Part shown: in pieces, positions 1 to 9,620 of the stretch
Numbering within the stretch: position 1 is the stretch's first letter
How the letters are laid out: each line of letters opens with the position of its first letter
Assembly (NCBI GenBank): GCA_035645255.1
Contig: DASQMY010000313.1
Location: 1 to 33,921, forward strand
Direction: 5' to 3'
Length of the DNA: 33,921 bases
Source: Mycobacteriales bacterium
Lineage (GTDB): Bacteria; Actinomycetota; Actinomycetes; BP-191
Notes under the pieces: model-generated
Seen by the model: only the letters and a program-made list of their open reading frames with translations
Told to the model about the DNA's origin: nothing
Databases searched by the model: none
Program-made: the position numbers and the translations under genes

Positions 1-99
1 CATCGGCTTGTCGTAGACCGGCATCAGCTGCTTGGAGACCGCCTTGGTGATCGGGTGCAGCCGCGTGCCGCTGCCGCCCGCCAAGATGATGCCCCGCAT
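1..99 (-). CDS. rfbA: glucose-1-phosphate thymidylyltransferase, first 33 codons only (gene runs off left edge)
   Basis: Reverse-strand ATG at 99. Translation is [33 protein letters not shown], with the GGSGTRL nucleotide-binding loop and the SKQL..YDKPM block typical of RmlA/RfbA. Absent from the ORF track because it is truncated. Confidence 0.75.
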   Translation of the reverse strand, partial: MRGIILAGGSGTRLHPITKAVSKQLMPVYDKPM

Positions 100-110
100 G
101 GTCGCAGAGC

Positions 111-1349
111 CTACTTCGGCGACCGTCCCGCGGTCGGCGCGCTCCCCGCGGTGAGCTGCTCCGGTACGGCGGGCAGCACGTTGGCGAAGTACGAGCGCGC
201 GGCGGCCGTCGTACCGACGTCCCGGCCGGCGCCCTCGGAGAGGTACCACCGGTGCTCGAGGATCTCGTGGAACACCTCTGCGGGCTGCAACCGCTCGCGG
301 AGCTCGCCGGGGATCGCTGCGACGACCGGGTCGTAGACCTCGGCCAGCCAGCGGTTGGCGACGACGGCCTCCGGCAGCGGCCGCTTCTCCTTCTGCTCGA
401 GGTAGCCGCGGAAGCTGGCGATGTCGTTGAGCAGCCGGCGGGCCTGCCCTTCCTCGGCGTCGAGCCCGGTCCGCATGTAGAGCAGCCGGCGGTGGTGTCC
501 CGGCTCAGCGACCCGCGTCTTGATGCGCACCCGGTTGCCCTCGGGCGTCTCGGTGATCTCCACCTCGTCGACGTCGAAGCCGAGCTCGTTGAGCCGCCGC
601 AGCCGCTCGGCGATCCGGTAGCGCTGCTCGCCGGGCTGCAGCAGCTCCTCGCGGGTCAGCTCGTCCCACAGCGACGCGTAGCGGCGTGGGATCTCCTCCG
701 ACACGGCGACCACGTCGAACCCCTCGGGGAGCAGGCCGCCGGCCTCCAGGTCCATCAGCTCGCCGCCGACGTTGGTCGACGCGAGGAAGACGTCGTACTC
801 ACGCTGCTTCGGGCTGAGCGAGGGGTAGAGCTCGCCGGTCTCCGCGTCGACCAGGTACGCCGACAGCGCGCCGGCGTCGAGGCGGAACAGCGTGTTGGAC
901 AGCGAGCAGTCGCCCCAGTAGAAGCCGGCCAGGTGCAGCCGGGCGATCAGCTCGACGAGCGCGTCGAGCAGCCGGCCGACCGGCTCGGCGCCGCGCGGGT
1001 TGGAGAACAGCGCCCGGTAGGAGACTGAGTAGTCGAGGTACTTGGTGACGAGCACCGCGTCGAGGTCGTGCGGCCGGTCGACGACGACGCCGAGCACCTC
1101 GACGACCGGCAGCTGCAGCTCGGTGAGGCGGCGGAGCAGCTGGTACTCCTTGCGGGCCAGCTCGGGCGTGATCTCCTTGAGCGCGTAGACGACGCCGCCC
1201 TCCTCCGCGAACCGCACGATGTGCCGCGAGATCCCGCGCTGGCGCACCTCCACGATCCGCGGGTCGGCCCACTCCTCCAGCGGCCGGTCCCACGGCAGGT
1301 CGAGCAGGCCGGCGGCGGCCTCGGCGGGCGGGGAGAAGACGAAGCGCAT
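111..1349 (-). CDS. DUF4032-type protein with protein-kinase-like N-terminal half
   Basis: Track ORF 111..1409. Start moved to the ATG at 1349 (MRFVFSPP..., 412 aa). Kinase-like blocks: [13 protein letters not shown] (catalytic-loop-like D..N) and YLVDAETGE. The stop lies 11 nt upstream of the rfbA start. Confidence 0.7.
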   Translation of the reverse strand: MRFVFSPPAEAAAGLLDLPWDRPLEEWADPRIVEVRQRGISRHIVRFAEEGGVVYALKEITPELARKEYQLLRRLTELQLPVVEVLGVVVDRPHDLDAVLVTKYLDYSVSYRALFSNPRGAEPVGRLLDALVELIARLHLAGFYWGDCSLSNTLFRLDAGALSAYLVDAETGELYPSLSPKQREYDVFLASTNVGGELMDLEAGGLLPEGFDVVAVSEEIPRRYASLWDELTREELLQPGEQRYRIAERLRRLNELGFDVDEVEITETPEGNRVRIKTRVAEPGHHRRLLYMRTGLDAEEGQARRLLNDIASFRGYLEQKEKRPLPEAVVANRWLAEVYDPVVAAIPGELRERLQPAEVFHEILEHRWYLSEGAGRDVGTTAAARSYFANVLPAVPEQLTAGSAPTAGRSPK

Positions 1350-1411
1350 GCCGCCATCGTCCCGCGTGGCCGCACGACAGGTCGAACCCACCACTGCTGC
1401 GAGGTGCACAG

Positions 1412-3091
1412 ATGGGGTACAACGGCGTCATGGCCACGCTGCTGCTCGGCCCGCTCCTGCGCCACGTCGGCGACAACGACGCGACGATCTGGGTGGAGAC
1501 GGACGCGCCGTGCCTTGTCGAGGTGCGCGCGGGCGCGGTCGTCGGGACGGAGCCGACCTTCACCGCCGCGGGCCACCACTACGCGATCGTGGTGCTCACC
1601 GGGTTCGAGCCCGGCACGACGGCGGCGTACGACGTCCGGCTGGACGGCACCGTCGTCTGGCCGCCGGCCGACTCGGCCTACCCGCCGAGTCTCATCCGCA
1701 CGATCGACCCGGAGCAGCCGTTCACGCTGGTGTTCGGGTCGTGCCGCTACTCGACGCCGGAGGCGGTCAAGGACGAGCGCGGCTACGACGCCGACGTGCT
1801 CGACGCGTTCGCCGTCCGGATGGCGAAGCAGCCGCCGGAGCAGTGGCCGGAGGCGCTGCTGCTGCTCGGCGACCAGGTCTACGCCGACGAGACGTCGAAG
1901 GCGACGCAGGAGTTCATCCGGTCGCGCCGGGATGTGACGAAGGCGCCGCACCTCGGCGTCGCCGACTTCGAGGAGTACACCCGGCTCTACTACGAGTCGT
2001 GGTCCGATCCCGACGTCCGCTGGCTGCTGTCGACGCTGCCCAGCTCGATGATCTTCGACGACCACGACATCCGCGACGACTGGAACACCTCGCACCAGTG
2101 GCGGGTGGAGATGCAGGCCACCGACTGGTGGGAGGAGCGGGTCACCGGCGGGCTGATGAGCTACTGGATCTACCAGCACCTCGGCAACCTGTCTCCTGAC
2201 GCGCTGGCGGAGGACGATCTCTACCGCAAGGTGCGCGAGGCGGACGACGCCGAGCACCTGCTGCGCGAGTTCGCGCAGGCGGCCGACCGCGAGGCGGACG
2301 GGGCCAAGGGCGCGCAGTGGTCCTACCGCCGCGACTTCTGCCGCACCCGGCTGCTCGTGATCGACTCCCGCTGCGGCCGGATCCTCTCCGACGGGCACCA
2401 CGACATGCTGGGTGACGCAGAGTTCTCCTGGATCGAGGAGCAGGTCGAGGACGGCGACTACGACCACCTGCTGGTCGGCACGTCGCTGCCGTGGCTGATG
2501 CCGCGCGCGATGCACGACGTGGAGTCGTGGGACGAGGCGCTGGTCCGCGGGGCGCGCGGCCCGCGGATGGCCAAGCTCGGCGAGAAGATGCGGCGCGGCG
2601 CGGACCTCGAGCACTGGGCGGCGTTCCGCGACTCGTTCGACCGGCTGGCGCGGCTCTTCGCGCGAATCGGCCGCGGGCTGCAGGGTGCCGATCCGCCGGC
2701 GACGATCTGCGTCCTGTCCGGCGACGTCCACCACGCCTACGTCGCCGAGGCGGCGTACGACGAGCCGGTCGAGTCGCGGATCTACCAGCTCACCTGCTCG
2801 CCGGTGCACAACAAGGTGCCCAAGGTCATGCACTGGGCGTTTCGCATCGGGTGGAGCCGGCTGGCGGAGCGGATCACCACGCGGCTCGGCAAGCACGCCC
2901 GGGTTGCGCCGATGCTGATCCACTGGCACCGCGTGGCCGGGCCGTACTTCGGCAACGAGCTCGCGACGCTGACGCTGACCGACCGGGAGGCGAGGCTGAA
3001 GCTGGAGAAGGCGCCGAAGGACAACGCGGGTGCGCACGAGGCGATCGAGTGCGTCGAGGACATGTCGCTGACCGCGGCGCCGCGGCGATGA
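1412..3091 (+). CDS. PhoD-like (alkaline phosphatase D family) metallophosphatase, no signal peptide
   Basis: 559 aa. Motifs: FGSCRY, LLLGDQVYADE, FDDHDIRDDWN, LSGDVHHAY. GAGG sits 7 nt upstream of the ATG at 1412. Confidence 0.75.
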   Translation: MGYNGVMATLLLGPLLRHVGDNDATIWVETDAPCLVEVRAGAVVGTEPTFTAAGHHYAIVVLTGFEPGTTAAYDVRLDGTVVWPPADSAYPPSLIRTIDPEQPFTLVFGSCRYSTPEAVKDERGYDADVLDAFAVRMAKQPPEQWPEALLLLGDQVYADETSKATQEFIRSRRDVTKAPHLGVADFEEYTRLYYESWSDPDVRWLLSTLPSSMIFDDHDIRDDWNTSHQWRVEMQATDWWEERVTGGLMSYWIYQHLGNLSPDALAEDDLYRKVREADDAEHLLREFAQAADREADGAKGAQWSYRRDFCRTRLLVIDSRCGRILSDGHHDMLGDAEFSWIEEQVEDGDYDHLLVGTSLPWLMPRAMHDVESWDEALVRGARGPRMAKLGEKMRRGADLEHWAAFRDSFDRLARLFARIGRGLQGADPPATICVLSGDVHHAYVAEAAYDEPVESRIYQLTCSPVHNKVPKVMHWAFRIGWSRLAERITTRLGKHARVAPMLIHWHRVAGPYFGNELATLTLTDREARLKLEKAPKDNAGAHEAIECVEDMSLTAAPRR

Positions 3092-3121
3092 CGGAAGCGG
3101 CCGGCGCGACCGGCGAGGGAG

Positions 3122-5263
3122 CTACTTCTTGACGAACGTCATCGGTCGCAGCCGGGTCGTCTCGGCCTCGGTCTCGACCACGAAGAGCGCGATTTCGTTC
3201 GCGCCGGCGCGGTAGAGCCGGTCGGGCACCACGCCGGCGAGCTGCGCAGCGTCCGTCGTCGCGTCCGGGAAGACGAGGGGGACAGCCCCGATGGTCCCGT
3301 TGACCGCCACCGCGATCGGTGTGCCGACCGCGGCCCCGCGCACGCCGCCCCACACCATGGCCGGGAAGCTGTGCGACCCCGGCTCGACCGTGGTACGCGG
3401 ACCTACGTTGAGTCGCGCGGTGACCGGGGCTGCCGGGCCAGTAGAGAGGTCGGCCACCCTGCGGCCGACAAGGTCGCCGTGCGGCCCCCAGGCGAACAAG
3501 CCGTCGACGCCGAGCTCCGGCCGCCCGTACTGCCCGACCAGGCCGCGCAGCAACTTGGGTCGGACCGACGTCGCAGAGAACGTCTCGCGCTTGCCGGCCT
3601 TCTCGTACCAGAACTTCTCATCGCGCGTGCGGAGGTCCGGCCCGAGCCCGGACATGCCGTCCACGCGCCACGGCACAGGGACGTCGAGCACGTCAGCGAT
3701 GGTGGGCAGCAGGTCCACGTGCTCCCAGTTGCGATCGTCGACCACGCCCTTGGTCTGGCCCGGGAGCTTCACGAACGTCGGCACGTAGGTCAGCTCGTGC
3801 GCGTTGGCGGGCTCGAACTCGCGGATCGAGAGCGGCGCGGTGAAGTTGATGCCATGGTCCGCGGTCACGATGACGAGCGACTCGTCGTAGCTGCCTTGCG
3901 CCTTCAGCGTGTCGACGACCTCGCCGATCAGCCCGTCGGTGTAGGCCAGCTGCAGCAGGTGGCGTTGGCGGAAGCTCAACTCGGCACCCGACAGCGCGTC
4001 ACCGGGCAGCTTCTTGGCGGCTGTGAACTTGCGGGCCGCGCGCGGATAGGTCGCGCCCGACGGCAGGTATCGATACGGGATGTGCGGCAGAAGCAGGTGC
4101 AGGAAGCGCAGCGTCGGCCGGTCGGCGGGCTTGAGCGACTCGAGGAAGCTGGTGAACCGCGCCGGCTGGTCGACCCTGAGCTCGTTCCAGCGGAACCTGA
4201 CAGGCAGCTGGTCGCCGTCCTGGGCGTGGTCGTCCTCATCCTTCTCCGCCGGCTCCTCGACGAACTGCTCGCCAGCCGGGTCGTCGACGATCTTCAGCGG
4301 AGTCATCATCTTGCCCGCGGCGGTGACCGCCTCGCGCAGGATCGGGCGCAGCCCGGTCTCCCGCCCGTTGTCCACCGTCGCGGTACGCCGGCAGACCGAC
4401 GGTGGGCACAGCTCGCTGATCGACTCGGACGCATTGATCGAGTACTCGCTGCCGAGCAGCGTGAAGAGGTTGTCGCGGTAGGTGAGGTACGACGGCGGCA
4501 GCTCGCGCTGCGGGTAGCGGCCGTTGAGCATGGCCGGCAGCGCGACCGGCGTGAAGCCGGAGATACCGGTCGCCTGGCGGAACCACGTGCTGTCCTTCTG
4601 CAGGCGCGCGAAGTTGGGGAACACGCGCTCATCGACCAGGCCGTCGGGGCCGAGCAGGCTGATCGCCGGGAACTCGTCGAAGACGATCATCACGACGGGC
4701 GGCTTCTTCGTCCCGCTCGGCGCGGACGTCGCGACCTCGGCCTGCGGCGTCGCGCTCGTCACCAGCTTGCCCGCCGGCGATGCCACGACGAACAGCAGCG
4801 CGAAGACGAGCGGTGCGGGCGTGAGGTAGCGCATGAACGTCCGGGCGACCGTGCTCCGGACGACGAGGGCGGCCGCGGCTACGCCGATCACGAGACCCAG
4901 TGCGAGCAGGGAGTAGCCGCGGTCCGGGATCGCCGCCTTGGCGACCTGGATGGCGAGCAGGGTGAGCAGCCCAGCGACGAAGGCGATGTGCAGCCACCGC
5001 TGGGCGGTCCGGCTGACCAGGCCGACCACCTGCTCCGCCAGCCACAGCACGAGCGTCGGGCAGAGCATCACGATGAGCAGGAACAGCACTATGTGCAGCC
5101 GCTCGGCACGCCAGTAGACGAACGAGTCAGGGCTTTCACCGGTGACGTGGAGCAGCGGCTGGGTGATCGCGAAGCCGGTGAGCACGAACAGATCCAGCAA
5201 CCGCCGGACCCCGTCTCGGCCCTCGGGTCTGGTGCCGGCTGGGGCGGCTTGCGCCTCAGGCAC
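3122..5263 (-). CDS. membrane-anchored alkaline-phosphatase-superfamily enzyme (sulfatase / LTA-synthase-like transferase)
   Basis: Track ORF 3122..5398. The N-terminus has several hydrophobic helices, followed by VVMIVFDEFPAISLL, GFTPVALPAMLNG and VIVTADHGINF (metal and nucleophile motifs of the AP superfamily). Start chosen at GTG 5263, which overlaps the upstream stop (GTGCCTGA). The exact start is uncertain. Confidence 0.7.
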   Translation of the reverse strand: MPEAQAAPAGTRPEGRDGVRRLLDLFVLTGFAITQPLLHVTGESPDSFVYWRAERLHIVLFLLIVMLCPTLVLWLAEQVVGLVSRTAQRWLHIAFVAGLLTLLAIQVAKAAIPDRGYSLLALGLVIGVAAAALVVRSTVARTFMRYLTPAPLVFALLFVVASPAGKLVTSATPQAEVATSAPSGTKKPPVVMIVFDEFPAISLLGPDGLVDERVFPNFARLQKDSTWFRQATGISGFTPVALPAMLNGRYPQRELPPSYLTYRDNLFTLLGSEYSINASESISELCPPSVCRRTATVDNGRETGLRPILREAVTAAGKMMTPLKIVDDPAGEQFVEEPAEKDEDDHAQDGDQLPVRFRWNELRVDQPARFTSFLESLKPADRPTLRFLHLLLPHIPYRYLPSGATYPRAARKFTAAKKLPGDALSGAELSFRQRHLLQLAYTDGLIGEVVDTLKAQGSYDESLVIVTADHGINFTAPLSIREFEPANAHELTYVPTFVKLPGQTKGVVDDRNWEHVDLLPTIADVLDVPVPWRVDGMSGLGPDLRTRDEKFWYEKAGKRETFSATSVRPKLLRGLVGQYGRPELGVDGLFAWGPHGDLVGRRVADLSTGPAAPVTARLNVGPRTTVEPGSHSFPAMVWGGVRGAAVGTPIAVAVNGTIGAVPLVFPDATTDAAQLAGVVPDRLYRAGANEIALFVVETEAETTRLRPMTFVKK

Positions 5264-6659
5264 GCGGGACGGCCGAGTAGAGCGTCCGGGTGCCCGAGGG
5301 GAGCGCTTCTTGCCGCTGGATCTCGAACCGCTCCTCGAGCAGCACCTCGAACACCGAGGCGCGGTAATCGGGGAACAGGCCCGCCGGCTTGTTGGCAAGC
5401 AGGACCTTGCCCATCGGGTCGTCGGGCGCCACGAACTCGATCACGAGGCGGGCACGGAGGCTGTGAAACCAGTCGAGTATCGCGGGCAGCGGCAGGCTTG
5501 CGGTGATCGCCAGGTGGTGCACGAGGGCTAGGCACAGCACGGCGTCGGGTTTGCCGCGCTCGGCGAACGCGGGCCGCTCGGTGTTTCGCCAGCCGATGCC
5601 CGGTGACTGGTCCACGAGGTCCATGACGAGCGGCAGGATCGCGGTGTTGCCCTCCGCCCGCAACGCCCGGTAGAGGCTGTCGATGGTCACCTCGTCGCCG
5701 TCGACCGCGAGCACGTAGTCGCTGGTCTCAGCGGCGATCCGGGAGTACGTGCCGTCGTTGCAGCCGAGGTCCCAGACCAGTCCGTGCTGCTGGTCGGCCA
5801 GTGCGGCGCGCACGAACGCCGCCTTGCGGACGCGCTCGTCGTCGCTGTACGTGCTCGTCTGCTGGTAGGTCGCCCAGTGCGAGTCGGCGGCCTTCCACTT
5901 CAGCCCGGCGACCACCTTGCGCAGGCCCTTGACCGTTGCTTTGGTCAGTTCGTCGGAGAAGCCCGCGCGGGCCAGCTCCTCCTTGGTCGACTGCGAGCCG
6001 CCGCACTTGCCCTTGCCGGAGAAGCTCTTGTCCATCGCGCTGTGCAGCGTGACGTGCTTGAGCACGCCCGGCCGGACGATGTCGCGCGCGGAGACGAGGT
6101 TGGCGATCTGCCGGGGCTCGATGCCGTTGATCGCGCCACGCAGCCAGGGGCGGAACGTCACGTCCTTGTAGGCCTGCAGGATGAGCGGGTAGAGCAGCGT
6201 CTGACAGAACTGCTTGTAGCCGGCCCACGGACCGCCGGAGGTCTTCTCGAACGACGGTGTGTCGATGAACGTAGGGCGGGCGCCGACGAACTGGAGGTTG
6301 TAGGAGTAGCCGTCCTTCATCGTCATCCCCTCCTCGAGCGCCTCGAGCATCACGTCGAGGTGCAGGAGCGCGGCATCGCGCAGCTGCGCGAAGGTCCACT
6401 CGTAGGGGTAGCTGATGAATGGCACGCGGTCGTGCCGGAGGACGACCTGGCTGCCCTCGGGCGCACCCTCGGCATCCTCGACCGGCTCGGTGCGAACGAT
6501 GGACCCGTCCGCCTGGCGCCTGGCGAAGAACCGGGTCTTGGCCAGCAGCTCCCAGTCGCGTACGGCGTCTCCTACGAGACTGCGCAGGACCGCGCCGTCC
6601 TGGTAGTAGACGGTACTTGACGGGTCACGGAACGACGCGGGCTCGACTGAGGTGCTCAT
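5256..6659 (-). CDS. class I SAM-dependent methyltransferase with N-terminal kinase-like domain (NoeA-like architecture)
   Basis: 467 aa from the ATG at 6659. C-terminal half: VWDLGCNDGTYS (SAM motif I) and AVLCLALVHHL. N-terminal half: SFRDPSS..., ISYPYEWTF, KDGYSYNLQF and PTFIDTPSFE, resembling an atypical kinase or ATP-grasp-like fold. Confidence 0.7.
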   Translation of the reverse strand: MSTSVEPASFRDPSSTVYYQDGAVLRSLVGDAVRDWELLAKTRFFARRQADGSIVRTEPVEDAEGAPEGSQVVLRHDRVPFISYPYEWTFAQLRDAALLHLDVMLEALEEGMTMKDGYSYNLQFVGARPTFIDTPSFEKTSGGPWAGYKQFCQTLLYPLILQAYKDVTFRPWLRGAINGIEPRQIANLVSARDIVRPGVLKHVTLHSAMDKSFSGKGKCGGSQSTKEELARAGFSDELTKATVKGLRKVVAGLKWKAADSHWATYQQTSTYSDDERVRKAAFVRAALADQQHGLVWDLGCNDGTYSRIAAETSDYVLAVDGDEVTIDSLYRALRAEGNTAILPLVMDLVDQSPGIGWRNTERPAFAERGKPDAVLCLALVHHLAITASLPLPAILDWFHSLRARLVIEFVAPDDPMGKVLLANKPAGLFPDYRASVFEVLLEERFEIQRQEALPSGTRTLYSAVPRA

Positions 6660-6722
6660 GGATCCGATCTCGCGGGTGATCAATGAGGACCGGCGCAGGC
6701 CGGTGGCTAGTCCTGGCGGTGG

Positions 6723-6917
6723 CTAGGCGTCGCTGCGGTCAGCGGGCTGGGTCTCGGTGACCTGCGGCGCGTCGGTCGCGGCGGTCTTCTTGAACGCGCC
6801 CGAGACCCGGCGCCACCCCATCTTGGCGGCGACCGCGGCGCCCGCGGTGCCGGCGACGACTGCCGACGCGATCATGCTGCCGGTGCCGGCGTCGAGATAA
6901 GCGATCGTCGTGCGCAT
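6723..6917 (-). CDS. small membrane protein (64 aa), YLDxGTGSM N-terminal motif
   Basis: Internal ATG at 6917 is preceded by TGGAGGCATCGCC (strong SD). Sequence MRTTIAYLDAGTGSMIASAVVAGTAGAAVAAKMGW... has one hydrophobic helix followed by a charged tail. Confidence 0.55.
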   Translation of the reverse strand: MRTTIAYLDAGTGSMIASAVVAGTAGAAVAAKMGWRRVSGAFKKTAATDAPQVTETQPADRSDA

Positions 6918-6981
6918 GGCGATGCCTCCAACATGACTTCTGGATGAACACTTACCATACCGCGCGGTCGCTGAGGACGCG

Positions 6982-7803
6982 TCAGCGCACCGCCGCCGTA
7001 CGGCGCCGTGCTGCGCCGACGCCGGCGGCCAGCACGAAGGCGCCCAGCGCAACGACCACGATCATCGCGCCGGGGACGGTGTCCGCGTAGTACGACCCGG
7101 TGACTCCGGTCACCGCCGACAGGACGCCCACCGCGAGCGCGGTGAGGACGGTTGCCCGGAAGCCGCGCACCAGCTGCTGCGCGGCCGCGACGGGCACGAC
7201 CATCAGCGCGCTGACGAGCAGGAGGCCGACGACCCGCATCGCCACCGTTACGGTCAGTGCGGCGAGCACGGCGAGCAACAGGTTGAGCGCGCGGACCGGG
7301 AGCCCGGCGACCGCGGCGTACTCCTCGTCGTATGACGCCGCGAACAGCTCGCGCCCGAGCGCGGCGAGGGTCAGCAGCAGGACGACCGACAGCACGGCGA
7401 TGACGCGCAGGTCGCCCGGCGACACCGAGTTCAGCGACCCGAACAGGTAGCTGAGCAGGTTGGCATTGGTGCCGCCGGGGGCGAGCCCGATCAGCAGGAC
7501 GCCGCCGGCGATGCCGCCGTAGAAGAGCAGCGCCAGTGCGACGTCGCCGCTGGTGCGGCCGCGCTGGCGGATCAGCTCGATGACGACCGCGCCGATGCTC
7601 GCCACGACCACGGCCGTCAGCACCGGTGCCGTACCGAGCAGGAACCCGAGCGCGACGCCGGTCAGCGCGATGTGGCCGATGCCGTCGCCCATCAGCGCGA
7701 GCCGGCGCTGCACCAGGAACACGCCGACGGCCGGCGCGGACAGGCCGACGAGCACGGCGGCGATCAGCGCCCGCTGCATGAAGCCGTACTGCAGCATGGT
7801 CAT
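6982..7803 (-). CDS. znuB: metal (zinc) ABC transporter permease
   Basis: The real start is ATG 7803 (MTMLQYGFMQRALIAA...), which overlaps the upstream stop as ATGA. 273 aa, polytopic, with the GDGIGHIALTG motif of ZnuB/MntB-type permeases. The track ORF 6982..8394 is an artefactual 5' extension. Confidence 0.85.
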   Translation of the reverse strand: MTMLQYGFMQRALIAAVLVGLSAPAVGVFLVQRRLALMGDGIGHIALTGVALGFLLGTAPVLTAVVVASIGAVVIELIRQRGRTSGDVALALLFYGGIAGGVLLIGLAPGGTNANLLSYLFGSLNSVSPGDLRVIAVLSVVLLLTLAALGRELFAASYDEEYAAVAGLPVRALNLLLAVLAALTVTVAMRVVGLLLVSALMVVPVAAAQQLVRGFRATVLTALAVGVLSAVTGVTGSYYADTVPGAMIVVVALGAFVLAAGVGAARRRTAAVR

Positions 7804-8570
7804 GACAGCCCCCACGCGCCGCGGACCGCCTCCGGCTCGTGCGCCGGCGGGTGCGCGTGCTCGGGGTCGAGGTGGTGGATGTCGTGCGACGTCGGCGGCG
7901 CGCCGTCGTGGACCACCCGGCCCTCGGTGAGTACGACGGCCCGCCGGACGAGCGGCGTCATCAGGCCGATCTCGTGCAGCACGCAGAGGATCGTGACGCC
8001 GTCGCCGACGAGTCGCTCGAACGTCGACACCAGCGTGTCCTGCGACGCCGCGTCGACGCCGGACATCGGCTCGTCGAGGACGAGCAGCTCGGGCTGGCTG
8101 GCGAGCGCCCGCGCGATGAGAACGCGCTGTTGCTGGCCGCCGGAGAGCGTGCCGACCGCGCTGCCCGACTTGTCCGACAGGCCGACGACGTCGAGCGCGC
8201 CGGACACCGCGGCCCGGTCGGCCGTGGAGCCGCGCCGGAACCGCCCGATGCGGGCGAGCCGGCCGCTGGCGACCACCTCGCGGACGGTCGCCGACACCCC
8301 ACCTGGAGCACTGGTGCGCTGCGGCACCCAGCCCACCCGCGGCCAGTCGCGGAACCGGGCGACCGGCGTACCGAACAGCTCGAGGTCGCCGCACGTCAGG
8401 TGGGTCAGGCCGAGCATCGTCCGGACGAGCGTCGTCTTGCCGGACCCGTTGGCACCGAGGACGGCGACCACGTCGCCCTGCTCGATCCGCAGGTCGACGT
8501 GGTCGAGCACGCGGCGGCCGTCGTAGCCCGCGCAGACGCCGCGCAGCTCGACGACCGGCGGGGTGGTCAC
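7800..8570 (-). CDS. znuC: metal (zinc) ABC transporter ATP-binding protein
   Basis: GTG at 8570 overlaps the upstream stop (GTGA). Walker A GANGSGKTT, signature LSGGQQQR, Walker B LLVLDEP. His-rich C-terminal tail (HDIHHLDPEHAHPPAHEPE). Confidence 0.85.
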   Translation of the reverse strand: MTTPPVVELRGVCAGYDGRRVLDHVDLRIEQGDVVAVLGANGSGKTTLVRTMLGLTHLTCGDLELFGTPVARFRDWPRVGWVPQRTSAPGGVSATVREVVASGRLARIGRFRRGSTADRAAVSGALDVVGLSDKSGSAVGTLSGGQQQRVLIARALASQPELLVLDEPMSGVDAASQDTLVSTFERLVGDGVTILCVLHEIGLMTPLVRRAVVLTEGRVVHDGAPPTSHDIHHLDPEHAHPPAHEPEAVRGAWGLS

Positions 8571-9526
8571 GGACAACCGAGCGCCGCGTGGAGGCTCGCC
8601 AGGTTGGTGCGCATGCCGGAGAAGTAGTCGCCGGACTCGGGCGCGGCCTCCAGCGGGCTGAGCACCTGCGCCTCGGCGCCGACCTCGCGGGCCAGCGACT
8701 CCGCCGTCTTCGGGCTCACCAGCTCCTCGAAGAAGATCGTGGTCACCTTCCGCGCCTTGGCCAGCTCGGCCACCTCGATCAGCCGCTTGGGCGAGGGCTC
8801 GGACTCCGGCGTCAGACCGGTGATGGCGATCTGCTCGAGGCCGTAGCGCCGCGCCAGGTAGCCGAACGCGTTGTGGCTGGTGACGAACTCCCTGCGCGCG
8901 CAGCCGGACAGCCCGGCTCGGAACTCCTCGTCGAGCGCCGCGAGGTCGGCCTTGAGCGCGGCGGCGTTGGCCTCGAAGCTCTGCGCCGCGCCCGGGCGGA
9001 CCTGCGCGAGCCGCTTGGCGGTCGCGTCGGCGAGCGACTGCATCCGCTGCGGGTCGAGCCAGATGTGCGGGTCGGCGCCCTTCTCGTCCTCGTGCAGCTC
9101 CCCCTCCTCCAGCGGCACGAAGCCCTGCTCGAGCGGCTGTACGGCGGCCAGGTCCAGCGAGCGGTCCTTGGCGTGCTCGTCCACCGCCTCGTCGACGGCG
9201 GGCTGGAAGCCGCGCTCGAAGACGACCAGGTCGGTCTCGCCGAGGCCGGCCACCTGCTTCGCGGTGAGCTCGAGGTCGTGCGGCTCGGCGCCCGGCTGGG
9301 TCAGCCCGGTGACTTCGACGAGCTCTCCCCCGACCCGCTCGGTGAGGAACTCGAGCGGGTAGAACGCCGCCGCGACCGTCACCTTGTCGGCCGCCGCGGT
9401 GGCGGCGGCTGTCCCGCTCCCGGTGGTCCGGCTCCCGTCGGCGGCGGCGGCGGTGCCCGAGTCGTCCGAGCACCCGACCAGGCCGCCGATGATGAGAGCG
9501 GCCAGTGCCGCGGCTGTCCTTCGCAT
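8567..9526 (-). CDS. znuA: metal (zinc) ABC transporter substrate-binding lipoprotein (TroA/ZnuA family)
   Basis: 319 aa. Lipobox LVGC after a signal peptide. AEPHDLELT and DPHIWLDP metal-ligand motifs, plus an acidic/His loop EGELHEDEKGADPH. Confidence 0.85.
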   Translation of the reverse strand: MRRTAAALAALIIGGLVGCSDDSGTAAAADGSRTTGSGTAAATAAADKVTVAAAFYPLEFLTERVGGELVEVTGLTQPGAEPHDLELTAKQVAGLGETDLVVFERGFQPAVDEAVDEHAKDRSLDLAAVQPLEQGFVPLEEGELHEDEKGADPHIWLDPQRMQSLADATAKRLAQVRPGAAQSFEANAAALKADLAALDEEFRAGLSGCARREFVTSHNAFGYLARRYGLEQIAITGLTPESEPSPKRLIEVAELAKARKVTTIFFEELVSPKTAESLAREVGAEAQVLSPLEAAPESGDYFSGMRTNLASLHAALGCP

Positions 9527-9545
9527 GACCGAAACACTAGCCTAT

Positions 9546-9560
9546 TGAAAACGGTTGTCA
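9546..9560. promoter_or_regulatory. Zur box (7-1-7 palindrome) in the znuA / zur divergent region
   Basis: TGAAAAC-G-GTTGTCA has one mismatch from a perfect palindrome. It resembles the actinobacterial Zur consensus TGAAAAT-N-ATTTTCA. It lies 20 nt upstream of the znuA ATG and 61 nt upstream of the zur GTG. Confidence 0.7.
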
Positions 9561-9620
9561 AAACTGTATGGAGCCCGGGTTGGTACCCTCGGTGCCCCGA
9601 CCGACCGAGGAGATGCCGTC

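Noticed and set aside
947-3037. 696-aa minus-strand ORF. Similar long shadow ORFs are at 3371..5506 (+), 14517..16598 (+), 25323..27200 (-), 28195..29373 (-), 29034..30371 (-) and 7800..9473 (upstream part)
   Set aside because: All overlap genes with strong motif evidence on the other strand or in another frame. All have low-complexity Arg/Pro/Gly-rich translations. None has an SD or a sensible gene boundary.
8567-9526. Assigning the ABC importer to manganese (MntABC) rather than zinc
   Set aside because: A Zur-type palindrome sits directly upstream and a Fur-family gene with Zur-like Cys/His sites is divergent from it, so zinc is favoured. Specificity is still unproven by sequence alone.
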